Source: Candidatus Multivoradales bacterium
GTDB lineage: Bacteria; Acidobacteriota; Thermoanaerobaculia; Multivoradales; J023
Reading direction: 5' to 3'
Assembly: GCA_965248925.1 (NCBI GenBank)
Contig: CBDFLE010000005.1
Location: forward strand, 992,001-1,056,000
Length of the DNA stretch: 64,000 nucleotides
The position numbers were made by a program, and so were the translations under genes. Position 1 is the stretch's first letter. Every line of letters starts with the position of its first letter. This document shows, piece after piece, positions 38,218 through 47,435 of the stretch. A model generated the notes under the pieces. That model was not told the DNA's origin. It ran no database searches and saw only the letters and a program-made list of their open reading frames with translations.

Positions 38218-38239
38218 TTTCGAAGACCTGGAGATAATC

Positions 38240-39496
38240 ATGCACTCCCTACGTCCCGGCCTCCTGCTCACCAGTCTGCTGTTCGCCAGTCTTTTGCTCA
38301 CCGGCCTGCTGAGCACTACCTCCGTCTTCGCCCAGATCAAACCAGTCGATTGGCCGAGCTTCCGCGGTGCCAATCGCGACGGCCTTTCCGCAGAGAAGGG
38401 CCTAGCCACCACTTGGCCAGAAGACGGCCCGCGGATGATTTGGCGGGCCGATGGTGGTTCCGGCTTCTCCAGCTTGGTGCTGGTCGCTGGCCGCCTCTAC
38501 ACCCAACTCGGCCGTGACGGCGACGAGCTGCTAGCCGCCTTCGACGCCGGCAACGGTCGCCCGCTGTGGACCTACCGCACCGGCAGTGAGCGCCCTGACG
38601 ATTGGGGCAAAGGGCCGCGGTCGACGCCCCTCTTTGACGATGGTTTGCTCTACGCCGCCAGCGCCCTCGGCCAGCTGCACGCGGTCAAGGCCGACAACGG
38701 CGAAATGGTGTGGAGCCACGACCTGGTCAAAGAGTACGGCGCGCGAGTACCCACCTGGGGGATTTCCAGTCAACCGCTGGTGGAAGGCGATCTGCTGCTC
38801 TTCGATACCGGCGGCAAGGCCGGCCACTCGATTCTCGCCTTCGACAAGAAAAGTGGAGCGCTGCGTTGGAAAAGCGGTTCACGCCTGCCCGGCTACTCCA
38901 ACCCGATCGCCTTCGACAGCGTCGGCAAACGGCAGGTCCTTTTCTTCACCGGCAACGGCTTGGTGGCTCTGGCGCCAAAGGACGGCAAGGAGCTGTGGAG
39001 CTTCGATTGGCAAACCAGCTACGACATCAACGCCGCTAGCCCAATCTTCATCCCGCCCAACAGAATCCTGGTCTCGAGCGGCTACGACGTTGGCAGCGCC
39101 CTACTCCAGCTCTCTCCCGCCGAAGATGGCATAGCGGTCAAAGAGCTGTGGCGAAGCCGCCGCCTGAAGAACAAATTCAGCTCCTCGGTCTACAGCGAAG
39201 GCTACCTCTACGGCTTCGACGAAGCGACGCTCAAGTGCATCGACGCCACCACCGGCGACGAGATCTGGCGCCAAAGGGGCCTCGGCCACGGGTCTTTGAT
39301 CTGGGCCGATGGCCACCTCATCGTGCTCGGCGAAAAAGGCCAGCTGGTGCTGGTAGAAGCTACGCCCGAGAGCTACCAAGAGAAGGCCCGCACCCAAGTC
39401 ACCACCGGCAAACACTGGACCGCGCCAACGGTTTACGCCGGCCGGTACTACCTGCGCAACGAGAAGGAGATCGTCTGCTTGAAGGCAACCGGGTAA
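38240..39496 (+). CDS. Secreted PQQ-binding-like beta-propeller protein
   Basis: GGAG RBS; signal peptide; DWPSFRGANRDG, GPRSTP and repeated G...W blade motifs. Confidence 0.85.
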   Translation: MHSLRPGLLLTSLLFASLLLTGLLSTTSVFAQIKPVDWPSFRGANRDGLSAEKGLATTWPEDGPRMIWRADGGSGFSSLVLVAGRLYTQLGRDGDELLAAFDAGNGRPLWTYRTGSERPDDWGKGPRSTPLFDDGLLYAASALGQLHAVKADNGEMVWSHDLVKEYGARVPTWGISSQPLVEGDLLLFDTGGKAGHSILAFDKKSGALRWKSGSRLPGYSNPIAFDSVGKRQVLFFTGNGLVALAPKDGKELWSFDWQTSYDINAASPIFIPPNRILVSSGYDVGSALLQLSPAEDGIAVKELWRSRRLKNKFSSSVYSEGYLYGFDEATLKCIDATTGDEIWRQRGLGHGSLIWADGHLIVLGEKGQLVLVEATPESYQEKARTQVTTGKHWTAPTVYAGRYYLRNEKEIVCLKATG

Positions 39497-39518
39497 GAGC
39501 GGGAGCTTCCGGGCATCT

Positions 39519-39570
39519 CAGTTGTCTTTCACGGCTTGACCGCAGTGAAAGACAACTGTAATATTTGTCT
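39519..39570 (+). promoter_or_regulatory. Sigma70-type promoter overlapped by a perfect 14-bp inverted repeat (likely TA operator and/or terminator)
   Basis: TTGACC (39536-41), 17 nt, TAATAT (39559-64); IR arms CAGTTGTCTTTCAC (39519-32) and GTGAAAGACAACTG (39545-58). Confidence 0.7.
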
Positions 39571-39682
39571 TGAGGCAGGCTACGCCGCCAGGCTAAGACC
39601 CTGCGGCGGTCGATTGGGGAAACCGTGACTTCGCCCGCTAGCGACCGACAGGGCAAAGGGCAAAACAAGGGAGCCAGGCCGG

Positions 39683-40024
39683 ATGCCAACGACAGCAGTT
39701 GCAAGAATACTCGACGACCTCAAAAGTCGCGGAGGTTTACGCGGCGCCGACATCGCCAATATTGTCGATGTCTCTCCCCCCACGGTTTCGCGCTGGACCA
39801 CCGGCAAGGGATCTCCTCCCTTGAGTACCCAGACCGAGATCGCCGACTTAAGATTCGTGGTCGAGAGGCTGTCGGATTTCTACACCCCAGACGAAACCAG
39901 ACTTTGGCTGCACACTCCCCACCCCCTGCTCGACCGCGAACGAGCCGTTGACTTGATCCACTCAGGAAAAATCAAAGAGGTCTTGGCGGTTATCGATCGC
40001 ATAGAGGCGGGAGTCTTTCTCTAA
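39683..40024 (+). CDS. Antitoxin, Xre/MbcA/ParS family
   Basis: HTH (IANIVDVSPPTVSRW) plus a C-terminal WLHTPHPLL...AVDLI motif; upstream of a RES gene. Confidence 0.85.
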   Translation: MPTTAVARILDDLKSRGGLRGADIANIVDVSPPTVSRWTTGKGSPPLSTQTEIADLRFVVERLSDFYTPDETRLWLHTPHPLLDRERAVDLIHSGKIKEVLAVIDRIEAGVFL

Positions 40025-40028
40025 TTCG

Positions 40029-40577
40029 ATGAATAATGACCGAAGAGCGCGCGATCTGGCGCTCTTAGACTTCCTCGACAAGTTGGATCGGGTGCCGCTA
40101 AAGGCTACGGTCTGGCGCATCGTCCGCGAAGGCCGCGACCCCCTACTTTGCAGCTCCTCGGCAGGGCGCTGGGATCCGGGCCGTTTCGACGTTCTCTACA
40201 CCTCCTGCAGCGCCGAAGGAGCCCTCGCGGAAGTACACTTCCACCTCTCCAGGCAGCCCGTATTTCCCTCTGCTTCTTTTCTGCTGAACGAGATCCACAT
40301 CGAGACACGACGCACCTTGCAGCTGTCGGGGTCCGCAGATCTCAGAGCTTTAGGAGTCAACCCAGACGACTCCCAAGGCGTTCTGTACCAGAGAAGCCAG
40401 GAAATCGGCGACGCCGCCGCATTCTTAGGATTCGATGCGATCGTTGTTCCCAGCGCGCGTTGGCAGTGCCTTAACTTGGTCGCTTTTTGCGACAGCTTGG
40501 AGCCGGGGGATATTGAGCTCGCGAGCTCGGCAGAGGTTGATTGGACTGGGTGGAGAGGTAAGAGCAAAGACATTTGA
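40029..40577 (+). CDS. RES-domain toxin (NAD+ phosphorylase-like)
   Basis: GRWD...VLYTS....ALAE and VPSAR carry the R/E/S residues. Confidence 0.85.
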   Translation: MNNDRRARDLALLDFLDKLDRVPLKATVWRIVREGRDPLLCSSSAGRWDPGRFDVLYTSCSAEGALAEVHFHLSRQPVFPSASFLLNEIHIETRRTLQLSGSADLRALGVNPDDSQGVLYQRSQEIGDAAAFLGFDAIVVPSARWQCLNLVAFCDSLEPGDIELASSAEVDWTGWRGKSKDI

Positions 40578-40667
40578 AAGATCGGCCACTTTGAGCAACG
40601 CAACGAGAAAGATCTCGTCTGGCTGAAAGTAACCGACCTTTATCTACGTCGGTGAATAAAAGGCTGG

Positions 40668-41168
40668 TCACTTGTTCTTGCGACCGAAGCTCCAGCCAAA
40701 GCCGATCAATACATACTCTCCTTCCTCATCATCGTCGGCCATAAAATTGTAACCATATACAGCCGAGAGGGTAAAAGACCCCTGCTCGAGGCCATCCCCG
40801 TTGAGCCGATATAGAAGACCAAGGCCAATGCCAGTTTCGAAATCGATGTCGTCGTAGAAGTCCAGCGCTGACAAGTTGACGATGAAGTGATTTCGATCAT
40901 TGCCGAGTTTTGATAGTGAGTAGTAGAAAGAAGCACCGCCGAAATACCGAGCCCCCAAGCTGTCTCCCGCCCGGTCTATCACGTTCAACGCGACGCCGAG
41001 GTCGGTGCCCATCCTTTGATCGCCATCGCCATCGCCACCGTCATCCGACGCTACGCCCAGGGCATCGTCATCTTGAGCAACCTCGGCGGCCAGATCGTCC
41101 GCCGCAGCGAGACGTCCCGGTACCAGCAAGATCAAGAGAACAACTAGGTAAGCTGAATAACTTCTCAT
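40668..41168 (-). CDS. Small secreted/outer-membrane beta-rich hypothetical protein
   Basis: GAGGAG RBS; signal peptide; acidic GD linker; amphipathic aromatic strands ending GFGWSF. Confidence 0.55.
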   Translation of the reverse strand: MRSYSAYLVVLLILLVPGRLAAADDLAAEVAQDDDALGVASDDGGDGDGDQRMGTDLGVALNVIDRAGDSLGARYFGGASFYYSLSKLGNDRNHFIVNLSALDFYDDIDFETGIGLGLLYRLNGDGLEQGSFTLSAVYGYNFMADDDEEGEYVLIGFGWSFGRKNK

Positions 41169-41396
41169 GGTTCGCTCCTCTAGGACCCACCGGCCCTGGT
41201 TATTTCGCAAGGTCCCTGAAGATTGCTTCGGCTACTACAGCGAAAAACCTGCCCGCAAACACCCACCCAACTCCGCTCGTTCTTTTGGATCGATCACATT
41301 GGTGGATTCGGCGAGTGACCGCCGCTGTAGAGATTCGAAGCATGGTCTTTTGAGGAAAAACCGCAAAATGGAGTCAAGAATGGCTACAATTGCCTC

Positions 41397-41978
41397 ATGG
41401 CAACAAGTTCTGGCGAGGTCACGGAGCTGCTCCGGGCGTGGGAGAAGGATCCGGAAGCACTCGATCGGCTACTTCCGCTGGTGATGGAAGAGGTGCGCAC
41501 GCTGGCTCGTAGGGCGCTGTTGGGGGAAGGTCGCGGCTATTCGCTGGAACCCACCGAGCTGCTTAACGAGGTCTATCTGCGTCTGGTTGGCCGCAAGGTC
41601 TACTGGTGGAAGAACCGCGCCCAATTCTTCAGTATCCTGGCCGAGCTGATGCGGCGCATTCTGGTCGATCGAGCCCGCCGCCGGCTGGCCGCCAAGCGCG
41701 GCAGCGGCGCCGAGAAGCTGAGTCTGGATGAAGGTATCTTCGCCGCTGACCAGCCCGACCCACAGCTGATCTTGCTCGACGACGCGCTGCAGCAGCTGAA
41801 GAAGCTGGATCCGATGAAGTACAAGATCGTTTCCCTCAGCTTCTTCGTCGGCCTGAGCCAGAAGGAGACCGCCAAAGAACTCGGCGTGTCGGTCAATACC
41901 GTTGGCCGTCACTGGCAGGCAGCCCGCCTGTGGCTGCAAACCCAGATGTTGCAGAGCGACAATCAGGGCACAAAGTGA
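41397..41978 (+). CDS. ECF-type sigma factor (kinase-associated, TIGR02999-like)
   Basis: EVTELLRAW....ALDRLLPLV, MRRILVDRARRRLAAKRG and region 4 ETAKELGVSVNTV.R.W..AR.WL. Confidence 0.88.
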   Translation: MATSSGEVTELLRAWEKDPEALDRLLPLVMEEVRTLARRALLGEGRGYSLEPTELLNEVYLRLVGRKVYWWKNRAQFFSILAELMRRILVDRARRRLAAKRGSGAEKLSLDEGIFAADQPDPQLILLDDALQQLKKLDPMKYKIVSLSFFVGLSQKETAKELGVSVNTVGRHWQAARLWLQTQMLQSDNQGTK

Positions 41979-44377
41979 GCCAAGACAGTGGCCAGGAGCT
42001 GGATCTCCTTTTCCGGGCCCTTGATGTACCGACTGCAGAAAGAGTCGACTTCCTGCGCCGAGAGTGCCCGGAGGACGCGGCTCTGGCCCAGCGAGTTTTC
42101 GCCATGTTGGCCAGCCAGGACACCGCCAGCCTGATCGACCAGCCCCTCTTCGATATCCACCAGGAAGAGCCCCTGCCGGTCGAGAAGATTGGCTCCTACC
42201 GGCTGCTGAAACGCCTCGGTCGCGGCGGTATGGGTTCAGTCTTTCTCGCCGAGCGCGAAGATTTCGCACAGCGGGTGGCGTTGAAAGTCATCCGCCGCGG
42301 CCTCGATCTGGACGCTGGACTGGTGCGCCGCTTTCACAACGAGCGCCAGATCCTGGCGCGCTTGCAACACAAGAATATCGCTCAGGTCTTCGATGGTGGC
42401 ACCGTCAGCGATCGGCTGCCCTACTTCGTCATGGAGTACGTCGAGGGCGAGCCGATCAATGCCTACTGCTTGCGGCAGCGGCTCGGAATTCCAGAGCGGC
42501 TCGAGCTTTTCCGCCAAGTCTGCGACGCGGTGGGCTACGCGCATCAAAACCTGGTGGTCCATCGCGACCTCAAACCCAGCAACATCTTGATCACCGCTAG
42601 CGGCGAGCCCAAACTGCTCGACTTCGGAGTCGCCAAGCTGCTTGACGAGAGTGTCGCCAACACCCCCCTGGCCACCGTGACCGGGCAGGCGCCAATGACC
42701 CCGCGCTACGCCAGCCCGGAGCAAATCAAAGGCGAATCGATCACCACGGTCGCCGACGTCTACTCGCTCGGAGTGCTGCTCTACGAGCTACTCACCGGCC
42801 TTAGTCCCTACCGGGTCGACACCGACATCGAGCACGATCTGGCGCGCGCGGTCTGCGAGCAAGAGCCAGATCGCCCCAGCACCGCCGCGCGTCGCCGCTC
42901 CAACGAGCACACATTGGTGATCGCCGACCGACTCGACCGCAAACTCAGCGGCGACCTCGACGCCATCGTATTGAAGGCAATCCGCAAAGAGCCTGAGCAG
43001 CGGTATGGCTCGGTCGAGCAGCTGGCGGAGGATATCGGCAGATATCTGGAGGGAATGCCGGTTGAGGCACGGGCTGGGACGTGGGCCTACCGAGCGACAA
43101 GATTCAGCCGCCGGCACCGGATCGGCCTAGCGACCGCCCTTGCCTTCGTCATACTGTCGATCAGCTACGGTCTACACGCCAACTATCTCGCTCGGCAATC
43201 CGAGGAGCAAAAGGAGATTGCCGAGAAGCAGAAGGAAATCGCCGAGAAGCAGAAGGAAAATGCCGAGAGAACGCTTGAGTTCCTGAAATCACTGTTCCTG
43301 GAAGCTTCGCCCGATGCAGTAGCAATATCCAAGCTGTCGGCGATCGACCTGCTGCGCCGAGGCAAGGACAGGGTCCTCAACCAAGAGCTAGCCAGCCACC
43401 AATCCAGAGAGGTGATTGCCGGAGACCTAGGTTCCTTGTTCCGAGAACTTGGTTACTACGATGATTCCCAACAGCTCATGCAGCGCGCCCTAGAACTTGC
43501 ACTTGATAACCATCCTTCTCCCCATCAAGACATTGCAAGAAGACTCAATAACCTCGCTGTGGTCTACCACGAGTTCGACAAATATGACGACGCAGCGAAG
43601 CGCTTCAGAGAAGTCCTGCAGATGAAGGAGGTGCTCAAGCAGACTGCCCAGCAGATCTTCAAAGCGAAGAGCAACCTCGCATCCGCCTTGATGCACGCTG
43701 GGCATCCGCGGCAAGCCGAAATTCTCTTCGAGGAAGTATTGGTGGGCCGCAGAGCGCTCTACAAGAACTCAGAAACTGATCTGAATCTTGCTTCGAGCTA
43801 TCAAAATTCTGCTGCCAACCAACTTCAATTAGGCAATCTTGACCGAGCCCTAGAAAGATCCCAGAGAGCCCTTAGCGCTCGACGCAAGAGCAAGAAACCC
43901 ACATTCGTCGCCGATTCGCTGCACCTCATCGGCAAGATATGGCTCGAAAAAGGCGACAGTTCGCAAGCGAGAATCTCATTCAGTGAGTCGTTTAGTATCC
44001 GTGATATTCATTTGAAGAGCGACCACCGAAAGATCTCTCTCTCCAAGCGCTTTCTCTCAGAGTCCCTTCTTGAAACCGATCTCGATACCGCCGAAGTCCG
44101 CCTCGATCAAGCTATCGCAGCTCTTTCGAAGTCCCCTGATCCGGGCTGGCGCATGGCGGATTTTCTGAGTGTCAAAGGGGAACTCAGATCGCGCCAAGGT
44201 GATCCCGAGGAGGCAGCGATTCTACTACAACAAAGTTACGATCGCCTTCGCGAGATTCGCGGGCCGCAAGTCTGGGTTACCCGACGTGCCAAGGCCCGTC
44301 TGCAGGAGTTCCTACAGGCGGGCCCAAGCGATCAAATGCCCCTCTACCAGGCCGAAGTGTCGACCCGCAGCCCATAG
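41975..44377 (+). CDS. Membrane Ser/Thr protein kinase with C-terminal TPR region
   Basis: Motifs GRGGMGSV, VALK, HRDLKPSN, DFG and YASPEQ; TM segment; TPR-like LNNLA repeats. GTG start overlaps the ECF stop. Confidence 0.9.
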   Translation: MSQDSGQELDLLFRALDVPTAERVDFLRRECPEDAALAQRVFAMLASQDTASLIDQPLFDIHQEEPLPVEKIGSYRLLKRLGRGGMGSVFLAEREDFAQRVALKVIRRGLDLDAGLVRRFHNERQILARLQHKNIAQVFDGGTVSDRLPYFVMEYVEGEPINAYCLRQRLGIPERLELFRQVCDAVGYAHQNLVVHRDLKPSNILITASGEPKLLDFGVAKLLDESVANTPLATVTGQAPMTPRYASPEQIKGESITTVADVYSLGVLLYELLTGLSPYRVDTDIEHDLARAVCEQEPDRPSTAARRRSNEHTLVIADRLDRKLSGDLDAIVLKAIRKEPEQRYGSVEQLAEDIGRYLEGMPVEARAGTWAYRATRFSRRHRIGLATALAFVILSISYGLHANYLARQSEEQKEIAEKQKEIAEKQKENAERTLEFLKSLFLEASPDAVAISKLSAIDLLRRGKDRVLNQELASHQSREVIAGDLGSLFRELGYYDDSQQLMQRALELALDNHPSPHQDIARRLNNLAVVYHEFDKYDDAAKRFREVLQMKEVLKQTAQQIFKAKSNLASALMHAGHPRQAEILFEEVLVGRRALYKNSETDLNLASSYQNSAANQLQLGNLDRALERSQRALSARRKSKKPTFVADSLHLIGKIWLEKGDSSQARISFSESFSIRDIHLKSDHRKISLSKRFLSESLLETDLDTAEVRLDQAIAALSKSPDPGWRMADFLSVKGELRSRQGDPEEAAILLQQSYDRLREIRGPQVWVTRRAKARLQEFLQAGPSDQMPLYQAEVSTRSP
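43202..43268 (+). repeat. 21-bp tandem repeat (~3 copies) encoding a QKEIAEK heptad
   Basis: GCCGAGAAGCAGAAGGAAA at 43220 and 43241, with partial flanking copies. Confidence 0.8.
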
Positions 44378-45258
44378 GCACCCTCGGCGCCGTCGCGGCC
44401 TGCGACCCGTAGATAGTACGTGCCGGAAACTAGCGCCGTGGCTAGCCGAAAGTTGCTGCCTTCGCCATCATCGTCACTGAAGACTATCTGCTGCCCCTGC
44501 TTGTTGTAGAGCCGAGCCACGGTATCGAGATCGCCAGTACTTTCGACCACCAAGCGCCAGATCTGCGCCCCGTCGGGACTACCAAGATTGATGCGGTAGT
44601 AGTCCTCATCGTCGCCCCAACGGTTGGAGATCTCAGCCGCTAGACCCGCTGAATCCAACAGGCTGGCACAGGATCGTGAATCACCGTGATCGTCCCCCGG
44701 CGCAATGCATGAGCCGGACAAGACCGGGCCACCAAGCCCCTGTGGGGCGCCGCCGCCGGCATCGATCTCAATCTCATCCTCATCTTCCCCTTCCTTGGCC
44801 TGCACTACACCGGCCGCATGATCCGCCAGCGACAGGAAGCTGCTATGCACCTTGACCACGCCGAGCTCGCGGCGTTGATCGGCGGCCGACAAACGGAAGA
44901 GCAAGGAGCCTGGGCGGTCAACGCGGGCCAACAAGGCGTTCGGACTACGCTCGATGATCTGTAACGGGTCTGCTGAATTTGCGTGACAAGAGAATCCCCA
45001 GAAGGAAAGCAAGGAGGACTCGGCGGCACCGCTGATCTCAATCTTGACCCAACCGGCTGCTGGGGCATCGAAGCGAAGCCACTCGCCACCGCGCGAAACC
45101 ACAGTTCGCGCAACTTGTCCGGCAACCAGATCCAAGGGTCGGAAGCAAGCGGCAGAAGAGGGTTGCGCGTAACTCGCACGCGGTACCACCAAGACCAAAG
45201 CGGCAGCTATTAGAAGGTATCTGACAGGACTGGTGCTGATCGACAAATTTGCAAACAT
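44344..45258 (-). CDS. Secreted protein with pre-peptidase C-terminal (PPC)-like domains
   Basis: Signal peptide; DDHGD; DEDYYRI; DLDTVARLY...DDDGEGSNF...GTYYLRV. Convergent overlap with the kinase. Confidence 0.7.
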   Translation of the reverse strand: MFANLSISTSPVRYLLIAAALVLVVPRASYAQPSSAACFRPLDLVAGQVARTVVSRGGEWLRFDAPAAGWVKIEISGAAESSLLSFWGFSCHANSADPLQIIERSPNALLARVDRPGSLLFRLSAADQRRELGVVKVHSSFLSLADHAAGVVQAKEGEDEDEIEIDAGGGAPQGLGGPVLSGSCIAPGDDHGDSRSCASLLDSAGLAAEISNRWGDDEDYYRINLGSPDGAQIWRLVVESTGDLDTVARLYNKQGQQIVFSDDDGEGSNFRLATALVSGTYYLRVAGRDGAEGAYGLRVDTSAW

Positions 45259-45531
45259 CACATGCTCCATTCTCGGCCTCGAGAGGCCAATTAAAGATGT
45301 TCTGTTTGCCGGCAAACAAAGACTGAGCTCGCAATGTAAGACGGACGTGGCTGGATTCTTCCGGCAAGAAAGTGTCGAAAGGAGTGGTATTTCCAGAAAG
45401 ATCCTAAGGAGGATCGCTAGAAACCATAAATCTTCGGCGGTGAACTCGCCGCAATCGGCTGGATAGCAAGTGTCCGACAAGAAGCGTCGGGGCCGGCTAA
45501 GCTGCCGGCCAAGGGACTGCGGCGAGTCTGT

Positions 45532-45858
45532 CTACTTGGCGGGCAAGGAACGCACGAAGCGGCCGCCGCGCTCGACCCAGGCGGCCAGCGTGCTGTCCTC
45601 GGCGATGCCCTCCGGGGCGACGAAAACGAAACCTCTCAGGGGCCGGCCGGTGAAATCCATCTTGCGGGCAAAGGACTGCTCCAGCGCCTCGGCGTAAGCT
45701 TCCGGGCCGACCCTCACCATCAGCTCGTCGCCCGAGACGCCGACGCACATGTGGCCCCGCACCATGAAGCACAGGCCGCCGAACATTTTCTTCTCCTCGT
45801 ACGCTTCGCCTGCCAGAGTGTCGCGCAGGCGCTCGGCAAGACCTTCGTCATAGGGCAT
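45532..45858 (-). CDS. TfoX/Sxy N-terminal domain protein
   Basis: EKKMFGGLCFMVRGHMCVGV...LMVRVG...MDFTGRPLRGFV motif. Confidence 0.85.
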   Translation of the reverse strand: MPYDEGLAERLRDTLAGEAYEEKKMFGGLCFMVRGHMCVGVSGDELMVRVGPEAYAEALEQSFARKMDFTGRPLRGFVFVAPEGIAEDSTLAAWVERGGRFVRSLPAK

Positions 45859-46096
45859 CGGTGGCTCCTGGTAGATCGTCCTCAATCGTCCTCAAGGGGA
45901 GGAAAGTCGCAGGGATTATACAGCCCAACGCGGAATTCCCTGCTTGCCGGCTCACCTTGTGCGGTTTGGGATAGGGTCGCTAGCATCAGGATGCAGACGA
46001 GAATCATGCCCGAAGACCCTTCGATGACCGCAACCGACGGCCAGCCGCCGATCAGCTGGCCCAAGACCGTCGACCAGCAGAGCTGAGCCAATATCG

Positions 46097-46945
46097 ATGG
46101 AGCTATTCCGCACTCTCGGCTGTCTGCTCGAGACACCGACCCCCGAGACTGACCGCCTCGCTCAGCTACTCGACCTTGGCCCGCCGCCGTCAGCGGCTGA
46201 GCACACGGCGGTTTTTGTGCTCGAACTCTACCCCTATGCTTCGGTCTATCTGGGAGAGGGCGGCAAGCTCGGCGGCGAAGCCCGCGATGCGATCGCCGGC
46301 TTCTGGCGCGTACTGGGTGAAGAGCCACCGAAGGAGCCCGACCACCTGGTCGTTCTGCTGGCGACTTACGCCCGCCTGGCCGAACTCGAGGACCAAGACC
46401 TACGGCACACTGAGCGCTGGCGCCATGCGCGTCTGGCTTTTCTCTGGGAGCACCTGCTGAGCTGGCTGCCGATCTACCTCGACAAGCTGGCGCAGGCCGA
46501 GTTCCCCTTCTATCGCCGCTGGTCCGAAGTGGCCCGACAAGCCTTGAATTCCCAAGCCGACGAGATCGACGCTCCTCCAGCCCTGCCCCTTCACTTGCGC
46601 CGAGCAGCTCAGCTGGCGGATCCCCGGCAGGCCGGTGCCGAAGCGTTTCTCAGAGACCTGCTCAGCCCGGTACAGAGTGGCCTGCTGCTGACCCGAAGCG
46701 ATTTGGCCCGCCTTGGCGAGGAGCTGGATCTGGGTCTGCGGCGGGGCGAGCGCCGCTTTCAGCTCAACGCCCTGCTCGGCCAAGATGGCGCTGGGGTCTT
46801 GGCCTGGCTGGCGGACTACGCCGGCCAGCCAGGCGGGCGATTCCCGGCGCCGGCCAAGGTGATCAAGAACCACTGGCAGCAGCGGCGGCACACTACCGCG
46901 AAGCTCCTCGAAGAGCTCTCCATCGAGCAAGCTCGTTCAGCATAG
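46097..46945 (+). CDS. TorD/DmsD-family redox enzyme maturation chaperone
   Basis: PYASVYL, EPDHL and FL.EHL.SW motifs. Confidence 0.8.
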   Translation: MELFRTLGCLLETPTPETDRLAQLLDLGPPPSAAEHTAVFVLELYPYASVYLGEGGKLGGEARDAIAGFWRVLGEEPPKEPDHLVVLLATYARLAELEDQDLRHTERWRHARLAFLWEHLLSWLPIYLDKLAQAEFPFYRRWSEVARQALNSQADEIDAPPALPLHLRRAAQLADPRQAGAEAFLRDLLSPVQSGLLLTRSDLARLGEELDLGLRRGERRFQLNALLGQDGAGVLAWLADYAGQPGGRFPAPAKVIKNHWQQRRHTTAKLLEELSIEQARSA

Positions 46946-47435
46946 ACCTCGACCAAGAAGGAACCTGAAGAGGCGGTGATCACCCAGACTCGCAGCAGTC
47001 GGAATAGAATCAAGCGCACAGAGTCAAACTCAGATTCGGGTATGGGCGAGATCGGTCAAGAGTATGGACGAGATCTGCATCAGCTATCACTTTGCTTTCC
47101 AATGCAAAGTCTGGGGGAGAAGGGAGCAGGCGTGATGGCGAGATGGCAGGGTTGCAAAAGGGTCGCCTCCCGATAGTGTGACAGGGTAAGGATGATGCCG
47201 GAAGTGAACCCTCAAGCCGGCCGCAGTGACGCCCTACGAGGACGATGCAGACCGGTAGCGACAAACCACCCCTTCGGGTAGCGACGACATCCTTGCTTCA
47301 GTGAAAGGATGGGCCCGTGCTCAGGACGGAGTACGGCAGTCCCGCCTCAAGTAGTCCCGAGTCGCACTCGGCTCTGGGGATTTGGGCTTGCGCTTCGGAC
47401 AGACCGGGATCGGGAGCGAAGGTGAGGTGGTGCCA

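Noticed and set aside
28042-39496. Calling the propellers BamB or true PQQ dehydrogenases, or the locus a phenazine cluster
   Set aside because: There is no obvious lipobox or bam/der context, I recognised no quinoprotein active-site motifs, and no pqq or phzA-G genes are in the window.
47250-47345. c-di-GMP-I riboswitch (GACAAACC...GACG resemblance)
   Set aside because: The GNRA tetraloop/receptor, GCAAA segment and closing P1 pairing could not be identified; an Rfam scan is needed.
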